Shown: piece after piece, positions 28,119-28,521 of the stretch
Layout: each line of letters begins with the position of its first letter
Numbering within the stretch: the first letter of the stretch is position 1
NCBI GenBank assembly: GCA_003166335.1
Contig: PMWA01000067.1
Coordinates: forward strand, 39,450-67,970
Source of the DNA: Methanobacterium sp.
GTDB lineage: Archaea; Methanobacteriota; Methanobacteria; Methanobacteriales; Methanobacteriaceae
DNA: 28,521 nt
Direction of reading: 5' to 3'
The notes under the pieces: model-generated
Databases searched by the model: none
What the model was told of the DNA's origin: nothing
Seen by the model: the letters and a program-made list of their open reading frames with translations, nothing else
Translations under genes and position numbers: made by a program

Positions 28119-28422
28119 GTTAATTTTATCCTTCTTTTATTTCAATTATTTATTTATTTAATTTTATATAATAATTAGTAAAATTATTACTAAAAAATTT
28201 TAATGATTAAAATTTATTTATTTTAAAAATATTATGATATCTTAAAAAAAAGATTAGAGTAAGATATACAGATGGTATTATTCGAAAGTAATCATAATAC
28301 TTAAATGAAACAGATTAAATTTTTTTTTTAAACTGTTTTAATAATAGGATAATGTTAATTTTTTTATAAAATTATTCTAATTTAATATTACAAATAAAAA
28401 AATTAAGTTTGAATCATTCAAT

Positions 28423-28445
28423 AAAAAAGGGAGTAAAATCCCTTT
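28423..28445 (-). terminator. Hairpin plus T-tract, probable terminator of a gene beyond the right edge
   Basis: AAAGGGA-GTAAAA-TCCCTTT (28426-28445), running into T6 on the minus strand. Confidence 0.45.
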
Positions 28446-28481
28446 ATCAAAAAAATAGATTTAAACTCTTAATTATTTTTT

Positions 28482-28521
28482 TTAATGAGTTGTGGGCTGC
28501 TGTAATATTCCGGTTGGTACA
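28482..28521 (-). other. Probable 3' end of a CDS entering from the right edge
   Basis: Abrupt GC rise. One frame reads ...VPTGILQQPTTH* with a terminator-like hairpin downstream. The frame cannot be established. Confidence 0.3.

Noticed and set aside
28483..28521. GC-rich right edge as an rRNA, tRNA or SRP fragment
   Set aside because: No T-loop, acceptor stem or rRNA motif recognised in 39 nt; better explained as a CDS end.

Overview
AT-rich archaeal chromosomal segment, most consistent with a Methanobacteriales methanogen (Methanobacterium-like), judged from mch, archaeal ribC, core methionine synthase-thyA, DUF1890/DUF1894, hypAB and GAGGTGA-type Shine-Dalgarno (SD) sites. Most of it is conserved core. 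The minus-strand exosome/proteasome/RNase P superoperon runs rpl15e, DUF54, rnp3, rnp2, psmA, SBDS, rrp4, rrp41, rrp42, rpl37ae, rpoP, Brix, pcc1, pfdB, DUF3194, HisA-like. The window also has a methionine synthase-thyA-mch cluster, hypA-hypB-DUF354, prs, a DEAD-box helicase and tRNA-Ala(GGC). The ORF track misses a PfkB kinase running off the left edge, rpoP and a 49-aa ORF. I see no CRISPR array, transposase or integrase, and no clearly new multi-gene system. The most notable oddities are: (1) genes whose SD points at non-canonical codons (ACG for a DASS transporter, GTA/ATT for a 4-PAS protein, possibly ATT/ATA for rrp41); (2) two -1 frameshifts in similar ACTAA...AAAAAG contexts; (3) a structured rpl15e leader; (4) a short in-frame insert with its own SD+ATG in a universal stress protein; (5) an uncharacterised membrane protein-DUF1890-DUF1894 operon; (6) a Zn-ribbon gene and a palindrome interrupting the superoperon. 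Family assignments come from motif recognition and gene order, not from database searches.
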